A stretch of 64,000 nucleotides of DNA. It comes from Candidatus Parcubacteria bacterium (GTDB lineage Bacteria; Patescibacteriota; Patescibacteriia; UBA1558; GWA2-36-10). The stretch is from NCBI GenBank assembly GCA_018664825.1, contig JABJNO010000017.1, positions 50,743 to 114,742 of the forward strand. Direction: 5' to 3'. The translations under genes and the position numbers were made by a program. Positions 46,777-56,252 of the stretch are shown here, piece by piece. Below the pieces are notes generated by a model. The model was not told the origin of the DNA, did no database searches, and saw nothing but the letters and a program-made list of their open reading frames with translations. Each line of letters begins with the position of its first letter. Position 1 is the first letter of the stretch.

Positions 46777-47385
46777 CTATCCTTTCGTTTTCCAACCTTT
46801 AATTCTTTCATTATCTTTTAAATTGTCCAAAACCTGCCCACCTATATCTGATGCTTGTTTGGGTGACAAAACAATAAAACCATCAACGGTAAAATAACTT
46901 TGAACAACATTTATAAAATGTGGATGTACAAAATTTAAACTAGCAACGTCTAGATCACCTTTATAAACAATACTTACAGGTTTTAATATGGGGTCAGTTA
47001 GTCTATCCATATGCAAAAATAACCAAGATCTAAATGCAGGAGAGCCCTGGTTTATTATAAGTTCAGCATCTTTAGAATTGTAATCTAAGTATTTACTAGC
47101 CATCTCGGGACTAATGGGATCTACAATACCGGTTCCGGTAATTTTTTCTTCCCTCAAAAGAAGCTTTGATTGACTGTGTAAACGATCCATAAATTTTAAT
47201 ACTTCCAAAAGTTCATGAACAATATCATAATCATCCCCCATGTCTGCGTCTATATTTCGGAATTTAGCTATCCAGTCCTTACTGTTGTCACGAGTAAGCT
47301 CAATATTTTCTGGCAAACCCAAAAGCTCGGCTTGTTTTTTTAGCTTGGCAATATATTCATTGAGTTGTAAGCAAAATTTATTCAT
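46777..47385 (-). CDS. Array member 8
   Basis: MNKFCLQLNEYI...FTVDGFIVL...NLKDNERIKG. Confidence 0.7.
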   Translation of the reverse strand: MNKFCLQLNEYIAKLKKQAELLGLPENIELTRDNSKDWIAKFRNIDADMGDDYDIVHELLEVLKFMDRLHSQSKLLLREEKITGTGIVDPISPEMASKYLDYNSKDAELIINQGSPAFRSWLFLHMDRLTDPILKPVSIVYKGDLDVASLNFVHPHFINVVQSYFTVDGFIVLSPKQASDIGGQVLDNLKDNERIKGWKTKG

Positions 47386-47386
47386 A

Positions 47387-47965
47387 TTAATCTTCTAATC
47401 TATAATCATGTATTTGCCCCGTCCTTCGGGCATCCAATAAACTAGCCATGATACTTACGTTTGTTTTTTCTCTAGAAATAATTATATTAGCATCTATCAT
47501 AATAAAATCTGGCCATGGTTCTAAAACAATATCATCAAATCCTACGTCATTATTTATCAATACTTTTTTGATACCAAATTTCTTCAGCCTTGATCTGTCT
47601 TCATTAAAAAAATTAATAAGATGTGTTGTATAAAGATTTTCGGGAACATTGCTCAAAATCAACATCTCATTTTCTAGTGTGGTATTTTTATCAAATATTT
47701 TATGAAATGCCACTAAACTGCCAATAGTCATTGTTTCCCCTTCAGATTTAAAGGCTTTTCTAGCATATTTTATTAGCTCACTACCCAAAAGGTCCTTTCC
47801 CATGGATAATCCTACAATTTTATCTATGTTTATTAAGATAGAATTTTTTGTAGCATGAGCTATATCAAAATCACCAATTTTTAAAGCTTCAGCAAGGCTT
47901 ATAAAAAGTTTTTGAGCATTAACTATATATCCTCTAGCTTTTTTACATTTTTGTTTTTTTGTCAT
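47387..47965 (-). CDS. Array member 7
   Basis: KQKCKKARGYI...EPWPDFIMIDA...ARRTGQIHDY. Confidence 0.7.
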   Translation of the reverse strand: MTKKQKCKKARGYIVNAQKLFISLAEALKIGDFDIAHATKNSILINIDKIVGLSMGKDLLGSELIKYARKAFKSEGETMTIGSLVAFHKIFDKNTTLENEMLILSNVPENLYTTHLINFFNEDRSRLKKFGIKKVLINNDVGFDDIVLEPWPDFIMIDANIIISREKTNVSIMASLLDARRTGQIHDYRLED

Positions 47966-48588
47966 CCTACAATTTTATAATCCTTTATAAATCCCTTTCT
48001 TTTGTGGTGCTCCAAAATATTCATAGCATCATCATTTCCATCTATTTGTTCTTGACCCACTATCAGTGTACCATCTGTGTGTACAAAATCAGGCCAAGGC
48101 TTTGTATGAACCCACGCAAAAGAAACGTCGCCCTTAAATTTTAATGTCTTTACTGCAAACTTTTTTTGTCTTTGTCCTATTTTATCAAAACTAAGTCCTG
48201 TTCCTGAAAAAAAATTAATCAAATTGGCAATAAACTTTGGATCACCCATATTTTTTATTTCCAATGTCGCATCATCTTCAAAATTAACATGTCTCAAAAC
48301 GCTCATGCTCAAATTTTTTTCAACTTCAGGTGATATTTCTTTTCCTTCTTTTTTCTTGTCTTCCTCTATGTAGGCCCTAAAATCCTCAGTAAAACCTATT
48401 TTTGTAAGTATTTTTTTGGCGTCGATGATGTTTATGAGAACCTCTTTTTTGAATAAACCAATAGAGGGTGCCCCACCTCCTTGTTTGTACTCAGCCACGC
48501 TAGCCAAAGCCAAGTCATAATGATACTTGGCTTGCCCAAGGTAATCCTTTAAAGCAAGGCAATATAATTCTTTAGTTGATTTATCCAT
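47962..48588 (-). CDS. Array member 6
   Basis: LYCLALKDYL...KPWPDFVHTDG...HKRKGFIKDY. Confidence 0.7.
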   Translation of the reverse strand: MDKSTKELYCLALKDYLGQAKYHYDLALASVAEYKQGGGAPSIGLFKKEVLINIIDAKKILTKIGFTEDFRAYIEEDKKKEGKEISPEVEKNLSMSVLRHVNFEDDATLEIKNMGDPKFIANLINFFSGTGLSFDKIGQRQKKFAVKTLKFKGDVSFAWVHTKPWPDFVHTDGTLIVGQEQIDGNDDAMNILEHHKRKGFIKDYKIVG

Positions 48589-49195
48589 TGTTGTATATTA
48601 CATTTTTACTTCTTATCCTGCCGTCAGCTACTGCTTGTTCGGCTATATCTTTTAGCTTGTATGAGCAAGCTAGTGTATTGCAGTTTAGGTCTACGGGCAA
48701 TTCTGTTATATTCGTATCACTAATATCCAACGTTCCCCTTACTGTCAAATTTCTTGGTAATTTTTTGACTCCTGTACCTTTTAGGCCTAGCGTACCTTTT
48801 ATAGTAAGGCTAGAGGGTAATTCTATAACCTCTTTTTGGTCAGTTAAATATAGATCGTTATTAAAGGTAGGTTTATTGAAATCATCAAATTTTAGATACT
48901 TTATCAAAACATTATGATCTAGAAAATTTTCAAGCCAATCAAAGACTCGCGTTCGAGCAGTAATCAAAGTAAAGGCAGTTTTTACTTTTTGATTAAATCC
49001 TTTTATACGCATATCGGCCTCAGTAAAATCTTTAGTGACAACTATATTGGGAATATCAGTAGAAAAACTAACCAACTCCTCTGCTGCCCACTCCAAATCT
49101 GTACGAGCTTTATCACAAAGCTGTATTCTTTCCATTTTTTCTTGAGCAGTCTTAACTTTATTTCTATCTTTCCATGCTTTATCAAAATCTGACAT
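48581..49195 (-). CDS. Array member 5, LRR-like repeat protein
   Basis: QLCDKA; ELPSSLTIKGTLGL / KLPRNLTVRGTLDI / ELPVDL; ADGRI. Confidence 0.75.
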   Translation of the reverse strand: MSDFDKAWKDRNKVKTAQEKMERIQLCDKARTDLEWAAEELVSFSTDIPNIVVTKDFTEADMRIKGFNQKVKTAFTLITARTRVFDWLENFLDHNVLIKYLKFDDFNKPTFNNDLYLTDQKEVIELPSSLTIKGTLGLKGTGVKKLPRNLTVRGTLDISDTNITELPVDLNCNTLACSYKLKDIAEQAVADGRIRSKNVIYNNG

Positions 49196-49196
49196 A

Positions 49197-49427
49197 TTAT
49201 GACATATTTTTAATATTTCTTATTCTACTACGCATATGTCCAATATTCCACTTTAAAGATGCGAGGTATGGTTTGGCACTTTGGTTGAATAGCAATTTAC
49301 TTCTACTCTCAGCCGTGGCTTTGATAGCACGTCCAAAATCTTCAATAATATCCTTATTTGCTGCAATAGAATTCTTCACAAATTGACATCGTTCTGATTT
49401 TAGTTGGTTTTTTGTTTGTTTATTCAT
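49197..49427 (-). CDS. Array member 4 (N-terminal helix only)
   Basis: ERCQFVKNSI; coupled to both neighbours. Confidence 0.6.
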   Translation of the reverse strand: MNKQTKNQLKSERCQFVKNSIAANKDIIEDFGRAIKATAESRSKLLFNQSAKPYLASLKWNIGHMRSRIRNIKNMS

Positions 49428-49430
49428 AAA

Positions 49431-49997
49431 TTAGGCTACAATTATTTTGCCTGCTATCTTGCCAGCATCCTTTAGTCTTTGGGCTTCTTTTAGCTGATTT
49501 TTATTTACACTTATACCTCCTTGTACTTCCAATGTATCAGGAAGGTGTCCTATACCTGACATTTCTATCCGTAAAGTACCCTTGATTACTAAATTTTCCG
49601 GCAATGATTTTATAGCTATATTGTCAACATTTAAATCTGTATATATGTATATATTTTTAGCTTCATACGCCACATTCTGCATTTCCCATTTACCAAATTT
49701 ATCATCAACAGCTCTTGGCCATAAATCTTTCAAAAACCTCCTAAAAGCTGCACTACTATGTGCCCTTAGCTCCTTTTCAATAGATTTTCGTTTATTTCTT
49801 AACTCTTTTATTCCAAAAACAAGCACCGATAAATACCGCTGAAATGGCTCAGATCTTTTATTTTTAATAGCATTATCTAGTGCGTGCTCAAAAACCCCCA
49901 AGTTACCTTTGACTGATGAAATAATACCTTTAGCCTCCTGACACAATTGAGGGAGTGGTATTGGTTTTTTTTCTTGTTCTTCTTGTCCTGGATGCAT
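49431..49997 (-). CDS. Array member 3, LRR-like repeat protein
   Basis: QLCQEAKGII; SLPENLVIKGTL / HLPDTLEVQG; RLKDAGKIAGKII. Confidence 0.75.
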   Translation of the reverse strand: MHPGQEEQEKKPIPLPQLCQEAKGIISSVKGNLGVFEHALDNAIKNKRSEPFQRYLSVLVFGIKELRNKRKSIEKELRAHSSAAFRRFLKDLWPRAVDDKFGKWEMQNVAYEAKNIYIYTDLNVDNIAIKSLPENLVIKGTLRIEMSGIGHLPDTLEVQGGISVNKNQLKEAQRLKDAGKIAGKIIVA

Positions 49998-49998
49998 A

Positions 49999-50265
49999 TT
50001 AAAATTTCTTTAAAAAATTTTCATCATCTTTATCAATATCTACTGTTATGACATCTTTACTAAAAACAAATAAAGGGTCAATGTTATCTATTACTAAATT
50101 AATTATTTTGCCTTTTTCAACTACAAAAACCCTTTTTGATTCTTTTAATTCTCCTGAATCTTTTGGATTCGGCACTAATTCATCAAAGGCTTGTCTAGTA
50201 ATCTTTAATTGATAATAAAGTTGTCGGCATTTTTTGGTTCTATGTTTTGATCTACCTTTATCCAT
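49999..50265 (-). CDS. Array member 2 (short)
   Basis: KCRQLYYQL...NPKD. Confidence 0.6.
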   Translation of the reverse strand: MDKGRSKHRTKKCRQLYYQLKITRQAFDELVPNPKDSGELKESKRVFVVEKGKIINLVIDNIDPLFVFSKDVITVDIDKDDENFLKKF

Positions 50266-50482
50266 TTTTTTTGTTTATTATCATACTATGCCTAGCAAGC
50301 TCAAAGCCAGGACAACTAATTTCTACCAAGTTGGTTAACATATTTATTTCTTTGTCATAATCTTCACCAAAAAAATTTAAAAGTTTGTCTTTTGGATTCA
50401 AGGGTATTTTTTCTAGAGCACTTTTAGCATTTCCTAATTGAGCATAGAGTGTGACGCATCTATTCTTTTTATCTCTAAGCAT
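50258..50482 (-). CDS. Array member 1 (short)
   Basis: RCVTLYAQL...NPKD. Confidence 0.6.
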   Translation of the reverse strand: MLRDKKNRCVTLYAQLGNAKSALEKIPLNPKDKLLNFFGEDYDKEINMLTNLVEISCPGFELARHSMIINKKNG

Positions 50483-50483
50483 A

Positions 50484-51578
50484 TTATTTCAAAATAAAAT
50501 CTAAAGTTTCTCTAGCACATTTTTCCCAAGAAAACTGACGAGATCTTTGTAATCCTTTGATAGCCAATGTTTCTTGAAGCTTTTCATCAGTTGTTATTTT
50601 ATCCATCTTTTGAGCAATATCATCTATGTTGTCAGGATCAAAATAAAGCGCTGAATCAACAGCAACCTCTCTAAAAACAGGTATATCAGAGGCCAAAATT
50701 GGCACCTTACAGGCCATTGCTTCTATAAGTGGTATCCCAAAGCCCTCAAACTTACTAGGAAACACAAAGGCTCGCGCAGAAGCCATAAGTCTCGGGTAGT
50801 TGGCTTGACTGACATAGCCCAATATTATTATATCATCTTTTATTTCAGGATCATTGGCCAATCTCTCTATCTCGTCATAACCAAAATTACCAGGTCTACC
50901 ACCAAGCACCAATGGCCATTTACGATTTGTCTTTTTATAAGCCTTTATCAAATTGGCCACATTTTTTTTGGTTTCTAGTCGTCCGATATATAAAAAGAAG
51001 TCATCGGGCAAATCATGAATATCAATAAATTGCATTTTTTCATGTTTTTCCAAAATTTTAAAAGTGTCAGCATTGTATCCTAGATGAGTCACCTTTATTT
51101 CCTCTTTGTACTTTGGAAAATATTTTTTGATATCTTTTTTTGTAGCTTCTGATACTGTAACTATCTTTTTGGCTTTTTTGACTGCAAGCTTATGAGATAT
51201 CTGCTGGTATATTCTTTCTAGTGGATGATATAGTTCTGGGTTTCGGAAAAAACCTAAATCATGGATAGTGACTATCACCTCACCCTTTGTAAGTAGTGGT
51301 ACAGCATTGCTAGCAAAAAATTTATCAACTGGATTTTTGATTAGTTCCAAACTCAGGCGCATGTGTGTCCAAAACTTTTTGAAAGGCCAGGGCAAGTTTT
51401 TGATAACAAAATTAGCTGGCGTTTCTTTGAGAGCGTCAGCTAAAATATTATTATAATAGACCACAAATTTATTCTCGTGGTCAAGTTTTTTGAATTGTTG
51501 CAAAAGGTGCCAAGCATACCATTCGGTGCCGGTCTTATATTTTTTGTTTGCCCGGGTTGCTTCTAGACCTATAGTCAT
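50484..51578 (-). CDS. GT4 glycosyltransferase
   Basis: TGTEWY, TIHDL, YIGRLETKKN, PSKFEGFGIPLIEAM. Confidence 0.92.
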   Translation of the reverse strand: MTIGLEATRANKKYKTGTEWYAWHLLQQFKKLDHENKFVVYYNNILADALKETPANFVIKNLPWPFKKFWTHMRLSLELIKNPVDKFFASNAVPLLTKGEVIVTIHDLGFFRNPELYHPLERIYQQISHKLAVKKAKKIVTVSEATKKDIKKYFPKYKEEIKVTHLGYNADTFKILEKHEKMQFIDIHDLPDDFFLYIGRLETKKNVANLIKAYKKTNRKWPLVLGGRPGNFGYDEIERLANDPEIKDDIIILGYVSQANYPRLMASARAFVFPSKFEGFGIPLIEAMACKVPILASDIPVFREVAVDSALYFDPDNIDDIAQKMDKITTDEKLQETLAIKGLQRSRQFSWEKCARETLDFILK

Positions 51579-51590
51579 TTGCTTTAAAAT

Positions 51591-52604
51591 TTATTTTGCA
51601 GATAAAATACTTCGTTTGTATGATTCCAAATTTTCGAGGGCTATTCCAGTACCCCTGGCCACACACAACAATGCGTCATCAGCTACATAAGCAGGTACTC
51701 CAGTTGCCTGTGACAAAAGCTTGTCCATGTTGCGTAGTAGTGATGTACCACCAGACAATACCATACCCTTATCCATAATGTCGGCTGATAGTTCGGGAGG
51801 AGTTTGATACAAGACAGATTTTACAGCAGATATCAATCCTTGGAGCTCATTTTGTAGAGCCTCAGTGACATCATCAGAGTTTACAATGATAGTTTTTGGT
51901 AAACCAGTGACCATATCTCTACCTTTTATTTCCATGTCTATTTTTTCATCTTTGGGTAAATATTGTGCAGAGCCAATTTTTATTTTTACATCTTCAGCAG
52001 TTCTCTCACCAATAGCCAAATTATATTTTTTCTTTATATACTCACCAATAGCAAGGTCATATTTGTTACCACCAATCCGAACTGAAGTGTTGGCTACAAC
52101 ACCACCCAGGGATATTACTGCAATTTCACTAGTACCTCCACCCATATCAACAATCATATGACCACTAGCACTACCAATAGGAATATCAGCTCCTATAGCA
52201 GCCGCGATAGGCTCTTTGATGATATAAGCTGCTTTTGCACCAGCATTTAGAGTGGCGTCAATCACAGCTCTTCGTTCGGTAGATGTGATACCAGCAGGTA
52301 CAGCAATCATGACTTCAGGACGAAAAATCTTCATACCACCAACTGCTTTGTTGATAAAGTATTTAAGCATGTTTTCGGTAGTTTTGTAATCAGCTATTAC
52401 TCCGTTTTTTAAAGGGCGAGAAGCAACGATAGAATCGGGTGTCCGACCAATCATTTCTTTGGCTTCGTCCCCTACTGCCATTACTTTTTTATCCAAAACA
52501 GACATAGCTACCACAGATGGCTCATGTATTACAATCCCACGTTTTGGTATATAGACCAAAGTATAAGTTGTTCCTAGATCAATGCCTATTTTTTTTATAA
52601 ACAT
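51591..52604 (-). CDS. mreB: Rod shape-determining protein MreB/Mbl paralogue
   Basis: IGIDLGT, EPSVVA, VDMGGGTSEIA, LSGGTSLL. Confidence 0.93.
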   Translation of the reverse strand: MFIKKIGIDLGTTYTLVYIPKRGIVIHEPSVVAMSVLDKKVMAVGDEAKEMIGRTPDSIVASRPLKNGVIADYKTTENMLKYFINKAVGGMKIFRPEVMIAVPAGITSTERRAVIDATLNAGAKAAYIIKEPIAAAIGADIPIGSASGHMIVDMGGGTSEIAVISLGGVVANTSVRIGGNKYDLAIGEYIKKKYNLAIGERTAEDVKIKIGSAQYLPKDEKIDMEIKGRDMVTGLPKTIIVNSDDVTEALQNELQGLISAVKSVLYQTPPELSADIMDKGMVLSGGTSLLRNMDKLLSQATGVPAYVADDALLCVARGTGIALENLESYKRSILSAK

Positions 52605-52605
52605 A

Positions 52606-53064
52606 CTAATTTATCTCCAAAACTTTATAATGAGTCACCCCGCTTGGTAATTCAACTTCGATGATGTCACCTATCTTTTTATCCATAAGCGCTTCACCTA
52701 TTGGAGACTCTAGAGAAATTCTATTGTTTGCAGGATCTGCTTCTGTACTACCAACAATAGTAAATTCAGATTGAAGGCCGTCTTTTTCTACTTTTACCTT
52801 ACAGCCCACCCCAACAGTTTCTCCTCCGCTATTTGCTTGTACAATAGTAGATGTCTTGGTCAGGTGCTCAAGTTCCATGATTCTACCCTCAATAAAAGCC
52901 CGTTCTTCTTTGGCTTCTTGATATTCTGCATTTTCGGATAAATCTCCATATTCTTTAGCAGTTTTTATACGTTCAGCAACGCGAATACGACCATCTGTCT
53001 TTAGACCTTCTAACTCTAGCATTAATTTATCAAACCCTTCTTGGGTTAATACCTTTTTACTCAT
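52606..53064 (-). CDS. greA: Transcription elongation factor GreA
   Basis: GDLSENAEY, IS.ESPIG.AL. Confidence 0.96.
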   Translation of the reverse strand: MSKKVLTQEGFDKLMLELEGLKTDGRIRVAERIKTAKEYGDLSENAEYQEAKEERAFIEGRIMELEHLTKTSTIVQANSGGETVGVGCKVKVEKDGLQSEFTIVGSTEADPANNRISLESPIGEALMDKKIGDIIEVELPSGVTHYKVLEIN

Positions 53065-53107
53065 AATGTTTTATTTCTTTCTTAAATGTAAATTAAATAT
53101 TATCAAA

Positions 53108-55018
53108 TTATTGTGAAAAATACCACTCCATAAACTCACGAGCCACAGTGACAGCCAAACCAGTATCCCCACCCTCTTCTACAAGTACTGTTATTACTAT
53201 TTTTGGGTCATCATATGGGGCAAATCCCGCAAACCATGAATGAGGGTCTTTATTCCTATTAAATTGGGCTGTACCAGTCTTACCAGCAACAGGTACAGAT
53301 ATTGATTGCATGCTCTGAGCAGTACCCCTGGTGACCGTCATGCGCATACCAGTCCTTATAGTATTTAAGTTATCAGATGAAACCTTATCAGTCAAAGATA
53401 TTTGGACTGGTTCATATGGATTTATTTGATCATCAACGATGGTTTCTTTGATAAAATGGGGTTGATATATTATACCATTATTTGCAAAATAAGACATAAG
53501 AGTAGCTCCTTGTAGTGGTGTAGCAGTCAAAAAGCCCTGCCCAATTGATAAGTTGTAGGTATCCCCAAGATACCAACGCTCTCCAAGGGCTTCTTCTTTC
53601 CAGGCTTTGCTGGGCAAAAAACCACTAGCCTCAGAAGACAAATCAATACCGGTTGTTTCACCAAGTCCAAATTTTTTAGAATATTCTATGATTTTATCTG
53701 CACCAAGTCCCAAGCTCAAAAAGTCATTGTTGCCACCACCGATAGAATAAAAAAATGTATTTACCGAATCAGCAATTGCCCAATAAATATCTGTCATGCC
53801 ATGTCCACTTGGTCGCCAATCAGGAAAAAACCTACCACCAACCAAAATACCCCCTGTACTATTTACCCTAAAGCTATCATCTATGATGCCTTCTTGTAAG
53901 GCGGCACTGCCTATTACTGCTTTAAATACAGAACCCAAGGGATAAGCTCCACTAACCACTCTATTGAGTAATGGATTATTTTGGTTATTTATTATATTTG
54001 AATATTCTTCTTGGTTTAATATTGTAGTAAAAATATTGTTATCATAACCAGGTAAGCTACTCATAGCCAAAACTCCACCATCAACTGGATCCAAAACTAC
54101 AGCTGCCATTTTTGGTTTTCCCCTGAGCTTAGCTTGTCTAGACATTATCTCAAAAAGTTTTTCTTGAGCTTTTGCATCAATAGTCAAAACCACATCATGT
54201 CCATCTATAGGGTCTGTCATAGACAAGATACTTTTTTCTCTAAACAAAGCATCTACCTCTATCTGCCGGACACCATCTCGACCACGCAAAGTATCTTCAT
54301 AAGTAAGTTCCAGACCATTTTTACCTATTCGATCATGAAAATTATATTTATTATTTTTCATGTCTTCTTCTGTCACAGAACTCAAGTATCCCAAACTATG
54401 CGACATACCGAGCTCAGGAAAATATTGCCTACGAGGCTCAAAGCTTACTTGAACACTAGGCTCGTTTTCTGACAAAATCATCAATTTTATCGCTGCTTCA
54501 TATTCAAGATTTTCAAAAATCAATATTTTATCTGATTCATCTTGTTTTTTTTCAATTCTATCAAGTAATTCTTGTCTTTCAATGCCCAAAGTATCTGATA
54601 ATTTATCAAAAAACACGTTTTTAGCCTCATCTTCTTGAGGAAAAGCATCAGGTACAAGGTATAAAAAGAAATAAGAGATGTTTTTTACCAATAAATCACC
54701 AAAACGATCATAGATAAGACCACGATTTGCCTTGATGACATCATTACGAATACGATTACCTTCAGCAACGCCCAAATAATAATCTCCCTTCACAATCTGT
54801 AAATAAAAAGTTCTTCCAAATAATACAAATAAAACAAAAGCAAAAATTAAAAATAATTTCCGAACTTTAGTTTCTTTAAAAAACTTACCAAGCCTTTCAG
54901 CTTTTTCTGCAATACCCAAATCTAGGTAGTCACCACTTTTTTTATCTTTGATAAAACTACCTATCTTTCCATCACGGATAGAACCTTCCTGAATTTTAAA
55001 AGGATTGTCTTTGTCCAT
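53108..55018 (-). CDS. mrdA: Penicillin-binding protein 2
   Basis: RG.IYDR, GSVFK (SxxK), SVN, KTGTAQ. Confidence 0.93.
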   Translation of the reverse strand: MDKDNPFKIQEGSIRDGKIGSFIKDKKSGDYLDLGIAEKAERLGKFFKETKVRKLFLIFAFVLFVLFGRTFYLQIVKGDYYLGVAEGNRIRNDVIKANRGLIYDRFGDLLVKNISYFFLYLVPDAFPQEDEAKNVFFDKLSDTLGIERQELLDRIEKKQDESDKILIFENLEYEAAIKLMILSENEPSVQVSFEPRRQYFPELGMSHSLGYLSSVTEEDMKNNKYNFHDRIGKNGLELTYEDTLRGRDGVRQIEVDALFREKSILSMTDPIDGHDVVLTIDAKAQEKLFEIMSRQAKLRGKPKMAAVVLDPVDGGVLAMSSLPGYDNNIFTTILNQEEYSNIINNQNNPLLNRVVSGAYPLGSVFKAVIGSAALQEGIIDDSFRVNSTGGILVGGRFFPDWRPSGHGMTDIYWAIADSVNTFFYSIGGGNNDFLSLGLGADKIIEYSKKFGLGETTGIDLSSEASGFLPSKAWKEEALGERWYLGDTYNLSIGQGFLTATPLQGATLMSYFANNGIIYQPHFIKETIVDDQINPYEPVQISLTDKVSSDNLNTIRTGMRMTVTRGTAQSMQSISVPVAGKTGTAQFNRNKDPHSWFAGFAPYDDPKIVITVLVEEGGDTGLAVTVAREFMEWYFSQ

Positions 55019-55502
55019 GCTTTCTTATCCAAAAATTATAAAATAAAACGTGTAAGATTATTACTGCTGATATATTTATCGGCAATGTTTTTAGAATATT
55101 AAATAAAATTACTTTATCAAACAGATAAATTCCCCAACCAAACAAGACGTGAGCTCCCCAAAATATCAACCAAAAAAGTACAAAGGCTAAAATTGTCAAT
55201 AATATAATTGTCAAAATATTTTTTGAAGTTAAGATAGTGAGTTGTAAAGTTTTTAGAATAAAGATTATAAATAAAAATATAAGAGCATGTAAGCCAAAAA
55301 CACCACTCAATGAATCAATAAATAATCCCGCCAGTAAAGCAAAACCATAATACAACCAATTGTTTTCAACGTTAAAATAAATCAGTAACGCAGCGATTAA
55401 AAAAGGTTGCACAAATTGCCAACCGTAGTTATATAGATTTAAAACTGTAAAAAAATAAGCAGCTATTAAATAAATTAATATTAGAAATAAATACTTTATC
55501 AT
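54996..55502 (-). CDS. mreD: Probable MreD
   Basis: Hydrophobic, GLFIDSLSG.FG; lies between mreC and mrdA. Confidence 0.7.
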   Translation of the reverse strand: MIKYLFLILIYLIAAYFFTVLNLYNYGWQFVQPFLIAALLIYFNVENNWLYYGFALLAGLFIDSLSGVFGLHALIFLFIIFILKTLQLTILTSKNILTIILLTILAFVLFWLIFWGAHVLFGWGIYLFDKVILFNILKTLPINISAVIILHVLFYNFWIRKHGQRQSF

Positions 55503-56239
55503 AAGGATGTTATTACTGCTACAAATCCCAAAGTATTATAATCAATCAATGGCGAAACAGCGGCATTTTTAAATAATTCTTCTTGAGAAAAATTTGTACT
55601 TTCGATTTTCCCAACCACCAATCCCGCTGGTATCAAGTCATCTATATCAGAACTAACTACCAAATCATTCTTTTTTATCTCCTGTTCTTGGGGAATATAG
55701 CTAAGATCCATACCGAGGCCCAGGCTACCACTCAAAACACCAGAAACCCGACGATCATCACCAACTTTTACAGCTAACTTACTAAAATTGTCAGTCAAAA
55801 GACGGACTTTGGCAGAATCAACACTAGTATCAATGACCTTACCTACTATAATGCCATTATTGACCACTACTGCCTGACCAACAGCTATATTTTGACCTAA
55901 GCCTGAATTGATAATCAATATATTACGATTGACTGGATCACGATTTATTATATTTGCCACAACAAGATTGTATTGTTTTTCTTTTTTAAAGTTCAATAAT
56001 TCTTTCAGTTGATTATTTTCTTCTTCTAGATTTTTGAGCTTATTGTTTTCTACCAAAAGATCCTTGTATTGCTCTTGGAGTTCTGGACTTGGATCCAATA
56101 GACTATTGACTGTTTTATTTGTATAGATAGTATTTCTAAATATAAAACCCAAATCAAAAATTTGTCCGTTTTTGAAAAGGATAAATAAAAAAACTACCAC
56201 AATAAATAGAAAAAAAATTCTTAAGTTATCTTTTAGCAT
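55499..56239 (-). CDS. mreC: Rod shape-determining protein MreC
   Basis: TM, coiled coil EN..LK.LL, GIIVGKV, P.GL.VG. Confidence 0.9.
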   Translation of the reverse strand: MLKDNLRIFFLFIVVVFLFILFKNGQIFDLGFIFRNTIYTNKTVNSLLDPSPELQEQYKDLLVENNKLKNLEEENNQLKELLNFKKEKQYNLVVANIINRDPVNRNILIINSGLGQNIAVGQAVVVNNGIIVGKVIDTSVDSAKVRLLTDNFSKLAVKVGDDRRVSGVLSGSLGLGMDLSYIPQEQEIKKNDLVVSSDIDDLIPAGLVVGKIESTNFSQEELFKNAAVSPLIDYNTLGFVAVITSL

Positions 56240-56252
56240 ATAATTGGTCTAT

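Noticed and set aside
46216-50482. Integron cassette array, prophage or DGR as explanation for the ORF array
   Set aside because: No intergenic space for attC sites, no integrase, phage gene or reverse transcriptase, and no visible template/variable repeat pair
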